Assembly (NCBI GenBank): GCA_043228905.1
Contig: JBHGNT010000004.1
Location: forward strand, 23,684,001-23,748,000
Reading direction: 5' to 3'
Length of the DNA: 64,000 bases
Origin: Azolla caroliniana
Taxonomy: Eukaryota; Plantae; Polypodiophyta
In this document: positions 26,379 through 38,639 of the stretch, piece by piece
How positions within the stretch are numbered: position 1 is the stretch's first letter
Layout of the letters: each line of letters begins with the position of its first letter
Program-made: the position numbers and the translations under genes
Notes under the pieces: model-generated
Databases searched by the model: none
Seen by the model: the letters and a program-made list of their open reading frames with translations, nothing else
What the model was told of the DNA's origin: nothing

Positions 26379-26709
26379 TTTAACTTCCACTTAATAGATA
26401 TTTAGCTTTCATCGTTTGCATCTCTACCTAGCTTTGTTCCGGCTCTTAGAGAAATGCAAAACTTCACGTGCATTTAGTGTTGGCATCAAAACCAAAGGCT
26501 ACATTTTTCTAGATTTCCATAATTTATCTATGTGTATGGTGATGACCTATTGTCATGACTCACAGTGTGTTCTTATCAACAAAATACTCATTTTCCTCGG
26601 TAGAATCAATTGTCCTACTGAAAATGATTTGTTCTCGATTGCTTTGGAAACTCTCACATTTGTGGGCTCAACCACATTGCATCATCTCCCTTGGTAATTA
26701 ACATTGAAG

Positions 26710-26750
<41 letters not shown>

Positions 26751-28902
26751 ACCATTTACTTCATATTGGGCCACCATTGAGTTAGTGCAGGAATATTCAT
26801 ACGATACCATAAATTGTATATACTTTTGACATTTTATGTAACGTTACAACTTGGTTAAAACTTAAAAGAATCCTCTAGGAATCAATTATATGACTCATTG
26901 ATTACAAGAGGGTTGTACTCAATCACTAATTCATGGAGGCCTCTTGGAAAATGTTAAAACTCTAGATAGTACTATCACAATCATCAACACACGACATGAA
27001 AATAATATGTCTTGATACATGAGTTGTTCATTATTCTTGATGGAGACACATTGAAAATAATATGCCCCCAAAAGGTGTAGGTAGAGCATGCAAAACATCA
27101 AGTTGTAAATCCCTTGAGATGTGCTTCTAATATTATATTTTATGTTTCAAAATATTGTTTCAAGACATTGAATTTTTTTGTCCGTGAGCAATGAAGTTCC
27201 TTATAATTGGCTAGACATGCAAAAGGATCTCGTTTTCAGGGATTCTAGTTAGTAAGGAGTATACTTTTCATTAAAAGGGCGTGTTCCGTACCTAATTGTA
27301 TTGTAACCCTTGGGTCGTGGAAAGTGAATTAGTAACGCCTTGATGTTAGTAATATATATGCATGGTCTAACATACCATGAACACCTAGCTTGCAAACCAC
27401 AAGCAATACCATACCATCACATTTATATATCTAGATATAATATATGAAGGATGAGGCCAAAAATATGCAAGGCACGCTTTTGTGGGGTCGAATTTGTGCA
27501 CATGTTCAAAAAGTCTCTTACAAGATGAATGCATGACAATCATACACAAAGCATAAGCTCGACCAAATTTTTTTAACAATGAAGAAATGTAGCTTAGGAC
27601 GCCAATGAATACTTGATTGGGGCTATTCCAACTTTGAAGGATATAATTTCTCTATAAGTTTATCAAATGTGATCTCTACAATTCTAGAAAATAGTATATC
27701 ACTTGGTTTGTGTTTTTCTAATTAGGTAGAGGATATTACTCATTGAGTAGTATTATTTTACTATAACCTTTATCGCCTCATCAATAAATCACATAAACCA
27801 CATCATATCGTCATGTAATTGTTGTACCTTACGTTGATCTTTTAGCACTTGCCCCATTAGGTGGCTAATTATTTTTGTTAGCTCAAACAAGATCATTCAA
27901 TTTTTTTATTTTTTATTTTTTCCATAAAAATATGCTCCATTGGTATTAATAAAAAGCCAAAGGCAATATACAAATAGTACATAATACTGTTTCCTCTGCA
28001 CAAATACATATTATCAAAAAACTACATTGTTGCCAATAACACCTTTGCTAGCAGAGCACATATAAACCTTGAGAAAATTCCATTGCTACGTCGAGCTATA
28101 AGACCACATATAAACCTTGAGAAGGCCTCCACTTTAGCACGAATAAGCCTCTTTATCACCTGTAGCATTTGACACCTTTGAAATTGACTTCCACTATCAT
28201 AAAACATTAGCTCGAATCCAATTGCTTTCAAGTCCAACATGAGCATACCTCTTTTCCATTCACCTTTGCTTGAACATGTGGGACATTGTCCAACCAGAAC
28301 CATTCTCTGCCATTTAACTTCTTTGCCACTACCATCGATTTATATTCCATGGGATCATATGTTGAAAATGTACGATGTTTTGGAGACATCTCGATGACGC
28401 AGCCATAGAACAAATCAAACAACCATAGAACAAATCAAAACCCATAATGAAAGCCACATAATACATCCACCTCCTTCTTTTACTTGAAAAAAATTGGGTA
28501 TTCATCATAGACTCAACTAGTTTCTCTTTGGCATCCCATCTGCTTTTCTTCAATCTCCTACAGAAAATGGCTCAATCTCATACAGAATAAGACAGATTCA
28601 AATGGCTCAATCTCATACAGAATAACACTCAATTTTGTGCCCGTTCCTTGGCCTTTAACTTTCCATGTGATGTGTCCTTTTCTACCACTTTGGCAGTAAA
28701 AATCCCCTCTCTCCAATCAAGCTGCCGAGGTAATATGCTGCTTCTTGGCCGTAGTCTTCTTCTAGCTTTGGCAATTTTAAGATAAACAAGGCTAAACAAT
28801 AATTTAGACCAGGTGTAACTATGCAAAATCTGTGTACATCCAAAGTTACTTTAGAGGGTGTGCATTATCAAGCATCACATACGACTTTCAAAAGCTCATA
28901 AA

Positions 28903-29285
28903 CTATCCAACCTCTTGTACCTGTAAACATCGGCTTAAACATTGCCAAAAAACCTGGTTTCTCTTCAGCCTGCCCATCTTCTCAGTCTTTATATACCTTT
29001 CTTTGCCTTTTTCCAATGCAAGTTTCATAACCTATCCAACCTCTTGTACCTGTAAACATCGGCTTAAACATTGCCAAAAAACCTGGTTTGTCTTAAGCCT
29101 GCCCCCATCTTCTCAGTCTTTATATACCTTTCTCTGCCTTTTTCCAATGCAAGATTCATAACCTGTCCAACCTCTTGTACCTGTAAACATCGGCTTAAAC
29201 ATTGCCAAAACCTGGTTTGTCTTAAGCCTGCGCCCATCTTCTCAATCTTTATATACCTTTCTCTGCCTTTTTCCAATGCAAGATT
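28903..29285. repeat. Tandem repeat, about 130-bp unit x3
   Basis: ct(a/g)tccaacctcttgtacctgtaaacatcggcttaaacattgcc starts at 28903, 29032 and 29163. Confidence 0.92.
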
Positions 29286-29544
29286 GAACCTGGTTTTGAA
29301 TTGGGATTATATCTTGTTGGTAATCCTGCTCAACATATATACCTTGGTTATCCACAATAGATTGCTTTTGAGAAATTTTTATACATCAAGGCCTTCTTCA
29401 GCTGTTGCAGTTGAAAACACCAAAACAATCAATGAAGTACATGCCACTTGAAGTAAACATGATACTCTCTACCATCAACACTCTGGTTTATGACAACCTT
29501 CACGTTCTCACAACAGCCATGCGCCGGTTAGACCATAATCTTCT

Positions 29545-30350
29545 ACCCACCCATGATAGACGGCTTCGACTCCCCCACCATCTTCACTCATCCTTATCAC
29601 AGAAAATTCTTCATTTAATCCACATCAGTCATCTTGCCGATTAACGTCTTGCCAAAAACCCGATTAACATGCTTCCAATGTCCACACATATCCTGTATTA
29701 ATCAACAAAAAATTAGTCTAAACGTTTCCTCATCCACTCCTGATAATTGGCTTCGACCCTCCCCACCATCTTCACTAATTAACACAGAAAAATTTCTTCG
29801 TTCAGTCGACATTGGCCATCTCACCGATTAACATGGTGCCAATGTCCACGCATATCCTGTATTAATCAACAAAAAATTAGTCTAAACGTTTCCTCACCCA
29901 CTCGTGATAGTCAGCTTCGACCTCCCCACCATCTTCACTCATCCTTATCACAGAAAAATTTTCTTCGCAGTCCACATCAACTGTCTGGCCAATTAGCCTC
30001 ATGCCAATGTCCACAAAAAAACCTATATCAATAACAAAACAATTAGTCTAAAAGTTTCATCACTCATGATAGACGGCTTCGACCCCCCCACCATCTTCCC
30101 TCATCCTTATCACAAAAGAGAAATTCTTCATTCAGTCCACATCAACCATCTTGCCGATTAGCATCTTGCAATGTTCATGAAAATCCTGCATTAAAAAACA
30201 AAAATTAGTGTAAAAGTTTCCTCACCCACTCATGATAGTCGGCTACGACACCCCCAACATCTTCACTCATCCTTATCACAGACAAAATTTCTTCATTCAA
30301 TCCACATCAGCCATCTCGCGTATTAGCATCTTGCCAATGTCCACGAAATT
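29545..30350. repeat. Diverged tandem repeat, about 160-190-bp unit x5
   Basis: cact(c)atgatag..ggcttcgac..cccaccatcttcactcatccttatcacaga recurs at about 29548, 29735, 29898, 30060 and 30226. Confidence 0.88.
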
Positions 30351-31103
30351 CCCCATCAATCAGCTCACTGTTATCAAGTATCCCCAATAGCTTAAACCTA
30401 CATAAACAAAAATGAATGCATACACTCTTGTCCTTATGAAACAACCTTATCATTCGTCCTATCTAAGGGATCAAGATCATCATCCCTATGTAAGGTAAAG
30501 ATCATCATCCCTATGTAAGATAAAGCACCTGCTTCACTATCCGCACCAAACATATCGGAGATTACCGCGAAAAACTTCTTTTATGAAAAAACTCTTACTA
30601 TGTACCCCAATCACCTCTTCCATGTTGAGTCATGTTGTATGCTCTAAGGACGGTGCTGGTGGCGGGAACAACCAACGAGGTGGTATGTAATTCCACTTAA
30701 CATTAGTCTCTACATCCAACATGATAGGAATAGATGACCAAACTCTTCTAATTCTCCTTCTTTTTCGACTAGTTGTGTTTCTTGATCCCTTACAACTGTC
30801 ATAATCATCTTTAACTGTATGAACCAATAAGTCCCAAAAAGACTTAACTTGTTCTACAACATGAGTATTTTCATCCTTGTATAGCTTGGAACACCTAGCT
30901 TTCCAAAGAACCCATAAACCCAAAGAGGAAACAATTTGCCACACATAACTCCGCGAAAAGAACTTGATTCCATGCAAGGAACTTGAGGTAGCATATACTT
31001 GGAATACTTGAAAACTTCTCACATGTAAAGACAAAGAAGAATGTTGATAATGATAAAAGGCCGTTTGTTGATCCAACATTCCCCAAAAGTCTGCACCCCA
31101 CGT

Positions 31104-34100
31104 TGTCGTGAAGAATTTCGGCCAGAGGCGGAAACCGGGAAACTTTGACTATATCGGCGGGGTGCAGCGTGTGTACGCACCCATGTACATTTAGTGTGAA
31201 TATCGAGGGTGCCTTTATGGCGCCGAAGAGTAGTCAAGTCGGGGCAGACGATCCCATGTAAGTCGGGATTTGTCCCACATTGTAACCCATCCCTTTCCTT
31301 GTTCTATAAAAGGAAGGGAACGCCCTTTGGGAAAGGGTTGCCCATTTTGCATTAGAGGGTATACCGTTAGGTTTAGAGTTAGCTTCTTCTTCCTCTTCTT
31401 CTCCTTCGTGTTCGCTTAGGGTTTGCTTCAGCTCATCTCCTGCGCAAGACCCCGCTCGGCGCGACGAGCCCGTGAGCTCCTCGACGACGGCTTGGCAGTT
31501 GACGACTACTGTAACCTGCCTTGGAACGGCTCGAAGCCGGGAATGTATTCTTCTTTTATATACATATATACGTTTGCGTCTGTCTGTGTATATTCACGTC
31601 TTCGTTGGTGTCGGGTGCTTCCCCTTTCCTGCACTTCCTGTACTTAAGGCTGTGTGTGTGTGTGTGTGTGTGTGAGCGAGTGTGTGTGAGTCGGTGTTAA
31701 GCGCTCTCTCTCTCTCTCTCTCTCCCCCTTCGGTTGCTTCCGGTGTGCTTCTGGGATGCCCCGGAAACGGTGAGGCACAACTTCCTACGCTCCATCACTC
31801 CCTAGTCCAAGACCCCCGTGGTTCCGCCTTTCTCCACGCACGCGCGTAACAACGCGACATATTTGGTGAACCCGACGTGAAAGGCGGCGAGGGAGGATGG
31901 AGTCGGAAGACGATGACCTTGCAGAGATGGTGGCCGAAGTGGTGTTGGAGTCGGCACGAGTGGTGATGAGGCGAGAAGCAACGCAACAGGCGGTTGAGCG
32001 AGGAGTGGTCGAAAGAGTCGGCCGTTTCAACGGGGACAAAGTTCCATCTTACTTGGAAGCCTACAACGCGGAAATGGAGGAGCATGGCGTAGACGAGGCG
32101 TTGAGGCTGGAGTTCTTCTGTCGGGTCGTGGCTGTCCGGATGCATGCGGAAATAAAGGAGCTCCGTGAGGCTCATAGTTCGTGGGAGGCCTTCGAAGAGG
32201 CGCTCCTGAAGGCATACGGAGGACGGCGGAAGAGTCGGGGACGGCACGATTTTGACCAGTGGGTAGCATCGGCAAAGACCCACCGGGGCGCGACCAAGGC
32301 GTTCCGAGAGTTTGAGCGACGGCTTGCTCGGCTCTCGGAGCGGAAACAAAGTTTGGTGGGGGTGGACAAAGTCCTTTTGTTTGTCAGGTCGATCGACCGA
32401 GCGGAACGGGAAGCCATCGGGATTGAGCTCGAAGACGATGACGGAACGAATGGGCTTACGAAGGACTGGTCGAAGGTCGGAAGGGTGTGCCAACGGCTAG
32501 ACAACGAGCGAGCCGAGAAGGCTAAGAGGAAGGTACACGACGGCGTGCCATCACAGCGGGAAGAGGCCGAACGACAAAGAGAGTTGGCAAGGGTCGGCGT
32601 TGGGGCCAGGATTGCAGAGGCGTACGCAGCTCTCGAGGCGATGCTCGAGGAAGAGGAAAGATCAAGGCCGCAAGCCGGGATTGAGGAGACGGACCTGCCC
32701 CATGCGACGACGGAAGATCGGTACGACAGTACCACGGGAGAGGGTGCGGAATGAAACGCCCTCTCGACTTGCAGAGATAGAACGGCCAAGGACGAGGCCG
32801 AGACACCGATCGCGGAATCGAAACGTTGGGACCAGCGGTTTCGGGCGTGTCAGCCCGAGATCCCGGTCGTTGGGGAAGCAAGCCCAGACGGGGCTTGCGC
32901 GATCGGTAAGAAGACGACCGCCGACCATGAAGAGTCGGTGGCTACGGACAAGGGCGTAAAACGGACGAGTGATTCTTTGTGTCTTCCCACACTTGCTCCC
33001 GAGACGATGGCAGTCGGGCCCGAGTGCCCACGTGAGTCCCAAGCGGAGGAAGGCGGCGATGGACCAAGAATCACCGGCGAGACGATACGGGTAAGGAACG
33101 GACGAAAGCTCATGGACCCGATTCCGGAGAACTCGGCATTCGGGCCCGTATGCCCATGTAAGACCGAGGAGATGGATGGCGGTACCGAGGAGTCCTGGCA
33201 CGATGCCAGCGAAGTCGGATGGGAAACAGCTTGCGAGGAGGTCGAGGACGGACGCGGCACGAATAGATCGGCATTCCGATACAGGTGGAGCGTAATCCGG
33301 TCGTGGATCATTCGATCGGGGCTGGATTCGGCATGAAAGTGCCGATACGGAAGGGGGTGCGGGACGAGCCGCCCTCTTTTACATGGGGAGAAAGACCGAC
33401 CAGGCGAAGGTCGAGATTTGGAAAGAGAATGAAAGCCGGTCCTATGGGATTCCTTACATCGATCCGGTTGCAGGCCTGAGTGCCGGCGTGAGTCCGACAA
33501 GAGAGATCGGTGGCGACAGGAGAACGGGACTCGGCAATCCGGAGAAAGACGAACGAACCCGAGCGAGAACCGGGCGGAGCGGACTCCCGGATGACCATTC
33601 CGGGAGGGAGGAAGAGAGCAGGCCTACGGAGAGGCCGAGGACACGGTATGTCGGTACCACGGGAGAGGGTGCGGAACAAAACGCCCTCTTGGCATGCGGA
33701 AAAGGACGACCCGGGACAGGGTCGGGAAGACAAATCGGCGGTCTACGGAGGATCCTTCACACCGGTTCTAGAGACTTCGGCAGTCGGCAACGTGGTCGAC
33801 GTAAGACCAAGATACTGACGGTGGCGGCGAGGTGACGAAGGCTATGGGCATAAGGAAGTCTAGTCCTATGAGATCCCCACACTAACCAGAGACTCCAGCA
33901 ATTCGGCCAACGTGGCAACATGAGACAGAGAGAGAAGGTTGGTGGCGGCGGGAAACGAGACCTGACTACGCGGAAGACACGAGGAGAGCCCGGGAGGGAC
34001 TCAAACAAAAGACACCCGAGTTTCGACAAGCATAGAAACGGAGTCCAGTCCTATGGGACCCTCACACCGATCCGGAGACTCCGGCTGTTCGGCCAACGTG

Positions 34101-35788
34101 GCAACGTAAGACCGAGGGAGAAGGACGGTGGCGGTAGGGAACATGACCCGACGACACGAGGTTTCAGAAGGAGCCGGTAGGGGCAAACACGGGGAGGTGT
34201 GTCAGGCCGGAAAGGCACACCTGGGACAGAACAAGAGTCTCGCAAGTGGCCATCGTGGGCCGGATCGAAGCGTGACTACGGGACGGTGTTCGGCGCGGAA
34301 GCGGGGCCGAACGAAGGAAGCGGAAGACGACACAAGGGAGGTGCCGAGAACGAGGTGACAAGTGCCTAGTGGACTACATAGGGTCGGAGTCAGGGGATGG
34401 CAAGAAAGGCCGGAGGAGGATCCTCCACACTCGCTTCGTAGGTCTCGGTAGCTCCATCGAAGTAGCGAAGACTGACACGGCAAGCCGGGATGACAAGCTG
34501 GTGGGGGCGAGGGGACGACGGCAAACGAAAGACTCAGGACCTATTGCAGTAGCACGAAACCGGGAAAGGGGCCGACGAGGCGTGCAATGAACCGGAGTAC
34601 GGCACAGGCGGTGCCAAACAACGGACGAGGGTATGTGGCACACGGAGGTGCCGGAGCGGGAAGGCGAGCGCGGAGAAGACCGAAAAGGGATCCTCCACAC
34701 TATTCCGGAGACCATGGCGGTTCGAGCCGACGCGGCGACGTAAGACCATGGAGAAGGAAGGTGGCGGCGGGAGGACGTCGGGCATATGGTGGGAAGCGGG
34801 GCATTCATACGGCCGAACAAGGGCCAGCGGAAGTACGCGTACTACGGAGATCGCGGCAGAGGACCCATCGATGGGTCGAACGGGCCTACGAGGAGGCAAG
34901 TGCGAAGGAAGACTCGAAGCCGACGGATCAAACCGGCAACAAGCCAAGATGCGGATCACGGGAGACCGGTTTCTCATCGGCCGAAATCTCTCACCCTTCA
35001 ACCAGATTTGGCATGTATCGGTGGACGTGCAATTAGGTGGGGGCGGATGTCGTGAAGAATTTCGGCCAGAGGCGGAAACCGGGAAACATTGGCTATATCG
35101 GCGGGGTGCAGCGTGTGTACGCACCCATGTACATTTAGTGTGAATATCGAGGGCGCCTTTATGGCGCCGAAGAGTAGTCAAGTCGGGGCAGACGATCCCA
35201 TGTAAGTCGGGATTTGTCCCACATTGTATCCCTTTCCTTGTTCTATAAAAGGAAGGGAACGCCCTTTGGGAAAGGGTTGCCCATTTTGCATTAGAGGGTA
35301 TACCGTTAGGTTTAGAGTTAGCTTCTTCTTCCTCTTCTTCTCCTTCGTGTTCGCTTAGGGTTTGCTTCAGCTCATCTCCTGCGCAAGACCCCGCTCGGCG
35401 CGACGAGCCCGTGAGCTCCCCGACGGCGGCTTGGCAGCTGACGACTACTGTAACTTGCCTTGGAACGGCTCAAAGCCGGGAATGTATTCTTCTTTTATAT
35501 ACATATATACGTTTGCGTCTGTCTGTGTATATTCGCGTCTTCGTTGGTGTCGGGTGCTTCCCCTTTCCTGCACTTCCTGTACTTAAGGCTGTGTGTGTGT
35601 GTGTGTGAGCGAGTGTGCGTGAGTCGGTGTTAAGCGCTCTCTCTCTCTCTCTCTCCCTTCGGTTGCTTCCGGTGTGCTTCTGGGATGCCCCGGAAACGGT
35701 GAGGCACAACTTCCTACGCTCCATCACTCCCTAGTCCAAGACCCCCGTGGTCCCGCCTTTCTCCACGCACGCGCGTAACAACGCGACA
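31104..35788 (+). mobile_element. Young non-autonomous gag-only LTR retrotransposon (TR-GAG/LARD-like)
   Basis: Near-identical LTRs 31104-31859 and 35048-35788 (TG...CA), 4-bp TSD ACGT, PBS TGGTGAACCCGACGTGA at 31864-31880, PPT before 35048. No RT or integrase motifs seen. Confidence 0.92.
31897..32754 (+). CDS. Gag-like protein
   Basis: 285-aa ORF starting just after the PBS, with RFNGDKVPSYLEAY...WEAFEEALLKAY resembling a retrotransposon capsid region. Confidence 0.65.
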   Translation: MESEDDDLAEMVAEVVLESARVVMRREATQQAVERGVVERVGRFNGDKVPSYLEAYNAEMEEHGVDEALRLEFFCRVVAVRMHAEIKELREAHSSWEAFEEALLKAYGGRRKSRGRHDFDQWVASAKTHRGATKAFREFERRLARLSERKQSLVGVDKVLLFVRSIDRAEREAIGIELEDDDGTNGLTKDWSKVGRVCQRLDNERAEKAKRKVHDGVPSQREEAERQRELARVGVGARIAEAYAALEAMLEEEERSRPQAGIEETDLPHATTEDRYDSTTGEGAE

Positions 35789-38639
35789 ACGTGAAGATAG
35801 TCGAGGTATACTTACGACCTAAAAGTCTAAGAATTCGAAACAAAAACCTTTTAGCGAACACACATTCCCAAAATACATGATGCAGTGACTCAGATGCAAA
35901 CCCACACATAACACATGACCGATCACTCACAGGACCCCTCAATAGTTCACCTACTGGCAATGCATAGTGAATCATCAACCAGCGAAAATGCAATATCTTA
36001 TTCATACATTTAGTTACCCAAAACCTTTTCCAAAACATCCTCATATGAGACGAGGAGACATTACCTTCCTCCCAATACTTTTTTCCCGTTGGGACAGACT
36101 TGGTCTGATTCAACATAAAGTTTCTACCCAATGCCACCAAATATGAGAAGAATGGAAGGATCTTATTCGTTGCGTCAGACATGGACACTTTCCAACCATA
36201 ATTTGATGGGTCCCACTGCATATCGACAAGTGGCCTAGAGTGTAAAACCCAAATATGAGATGCATAGTTAGCAATTAACGGACTAGGATTGGAAAATATT
36301 TTTTTATCTAATCTAGCAATTACTCTCACTAGCAACTGCTTTGCATTGGACATAATTGAAGACTCCTCCGCCACTAATATCAATCTACCATTGTCCAAAA
36401 CTTCGTAACAATAAAAATTGTCATTATGATGATATAAACGAGCTCCTATTAGTATATTAAATGTTGAAAACATACCATACCAACTTTGAACATAATCAAA
36501 CTACAAAGTTGGTAGTGTGACCTGTTACACCATGGACAATTGAGAGAACATTATCCTTGCCCCTCTTAAATTAGACAACATACTCTTTTGGTCGTGTGCT
36601 GAAGTTTGTAGAAACTTTATCCAATCCGCAACTGTACGGGTTGGCCCACTGTCCATTGCCGCCCAAGATAACCTCGGTCGTAGACCCAAAACACATGCAG
36701 CTTCATTCGTAAATAAAGGATTCCATATCAAAGGTTGACGCATGAATTGATGATAATTTTTCGGTGGCAAGAAAACAAGTGCTTGCCACAAAGTTTCCCA
36801 TGCTTGAAAAATTCCACTAAAGAAACGTAATGATCCAACATTGGAATTAGGTAATGGAAAATTTGAATTAAAAAACCACCTAAGACTATCATGCCATTGC
36901 CCTCCTACTGAGGGCTTGACCTTATGTAAGTGCTTAATCCATAGCTTTTTCCATAACTCATCACCTGGCAATAAACTCCTAACGACATGTTTAGCAATTA
37001 AGGCTTTACTTTGCATAAAAGGGTCAATCAAACCTAGACCTCCTTTCTGTTTAGATTGTATAAGAACCGACCAAGCTACCTTTGCTACAGAATTGTCTGC
37101 AATAGTGTTCCCCCAAATGAAATTACGTATAAGGCGTTGAACTTTAAGCATTATTGACCTAGAAAACAGCCAGGTAGATGCTATATACCAAATCGAAGAC
37201 AAGAGCACTGAGTTAGCTACAACGACAGCCCTGCTAAGGATAGCTTCTCCTTGTTCCAATATATTAACTTATTCCTTAATCTTAACAATAATGGTGCAAT
37301 CATATCGTCTGCATTTAAACCCAAACCTACTCTACAACCTAAATATCTAATGGATTGACCATGTGGTATCCATGTAAAACCTAAGGTAGGTATATTAACT
37401 GGTGGATCTCCCAAAGCAATCCAAAAACCTGATGATTTATCCCAATTTATCAATGCTCCGGATGCATGTGAGAAATCATCCACAACTTTTTGTACCTGTA
37501 ACAAATTAACTTGTGAGGCAGCAACGTATAGAGCTGTATCATCAGCAAACTCACTATCCACGCCAGCGTTTTCCATAGATAGTGCTAAACCTTTAATATT
37601 TACATCTTGAGAATTTAGATGTATGGAAAACACTTCAGATACTAATAGAAACAGAAAAGGAGCAAGTGGACATCCCTGTCGCATGGATCTTGAAATAGAA
37701 AACCGCCTACCAATATCCCCCGCAAATAAAAGAGAACTATGTGCATGACGATATAATGCTGACACTCCTCATATCCATGTGGTGGGAAAACCCATCCTAA
37801 GTAGTGTTCCCTCCATAAAATCCCAATCTACTCTATCATAAGCTTTTTCAAAATCAAGAAATAACACAAGATCATTCAATTTTCTTATCACGGTTTCTTG
37901 CAAACTTACCTAAGTTTGTCACACAATATTTATATAAAGAAAATCAACCAATTTTCAATAATTAGAACTCCAGATAATTAAAATGTTGACATTTGAAATG
38001 CAATTTTGATGGCATATCGAAGCTTCCAAATCACTCTTTCATATTAGTAAAACTCATCCAAATTACAATAACACATTAGCATCAATTGCAACTTTAATTA
38101 ATGTAAAGACATTGTTAATTGTTGGAATTATGAAACTAAACGTTGCAAACTACAACACTGATCACATTATTACTTACATTTCTCCTTACATAACAATGAT
38201 ATTTGGTAAAAAATCTAAAACATTGTCACATGCTCCTAGTCAACACAGAAAAGAGAGAGAATATGATTACTCAAACATCACATACAAATACTCATTTAGT
38301 TATTAACGAAGGGCAGTTGTTGAGACAACAAACAAGAGAATTAAAAAGTGTGGGAACCTTAGCTCTCCTAATTGTGTAGCGTGCCCTAATGCAATAGAAT
38401 CAATCCAACATACTCTGTGGGACTGCCCAGAGACCCATTGAATATGGAGGGGGGTTGTCTCCTCTTCCTTCTCATATGTTACTCCCACATCAACTGTCTT
38501 CCAAGTAATCATTGGTGGTGGTGGCTTTGTATCTAGTGGAGCAGTAACATTGGGTGGGGGTGGTGGTGCCACTGCTACTCCAATTGTAGAAGAGAAGGAA
38601 GATTCAGTGAGAGAAAGAAAGAGAGAGAGAGAGCCCAGA

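Larger units (their letters stand above)
30630..37868 (-). mobile_element. 5'-truncated L1-like LINE (RT to zf-RVT/C-terminus), split by an LTR element
   Basis: LFLDFEKAYDRVDW, RQGCPLAPFLF, EFADDT, SSIWY, GGLGL, CVMC..ESLHHVFWEC. The frame TIFT|WGADFWG rejoins across the 31104-35788 insertion. Frameshifts are present. Confidence 0.92.

Noticed and set aside
29545-30350. CRISPR-like repeat-spacer array
   Set aside because: Whole units are homologous with no unique spacers, the context is eukaryotic, and there are no cas genes.
32027-35181. Dense overlapping ORFs on both strands as separate genes
   Set aside because: Expected from high GC content within the LTR element; no recognisable domains besides gag.
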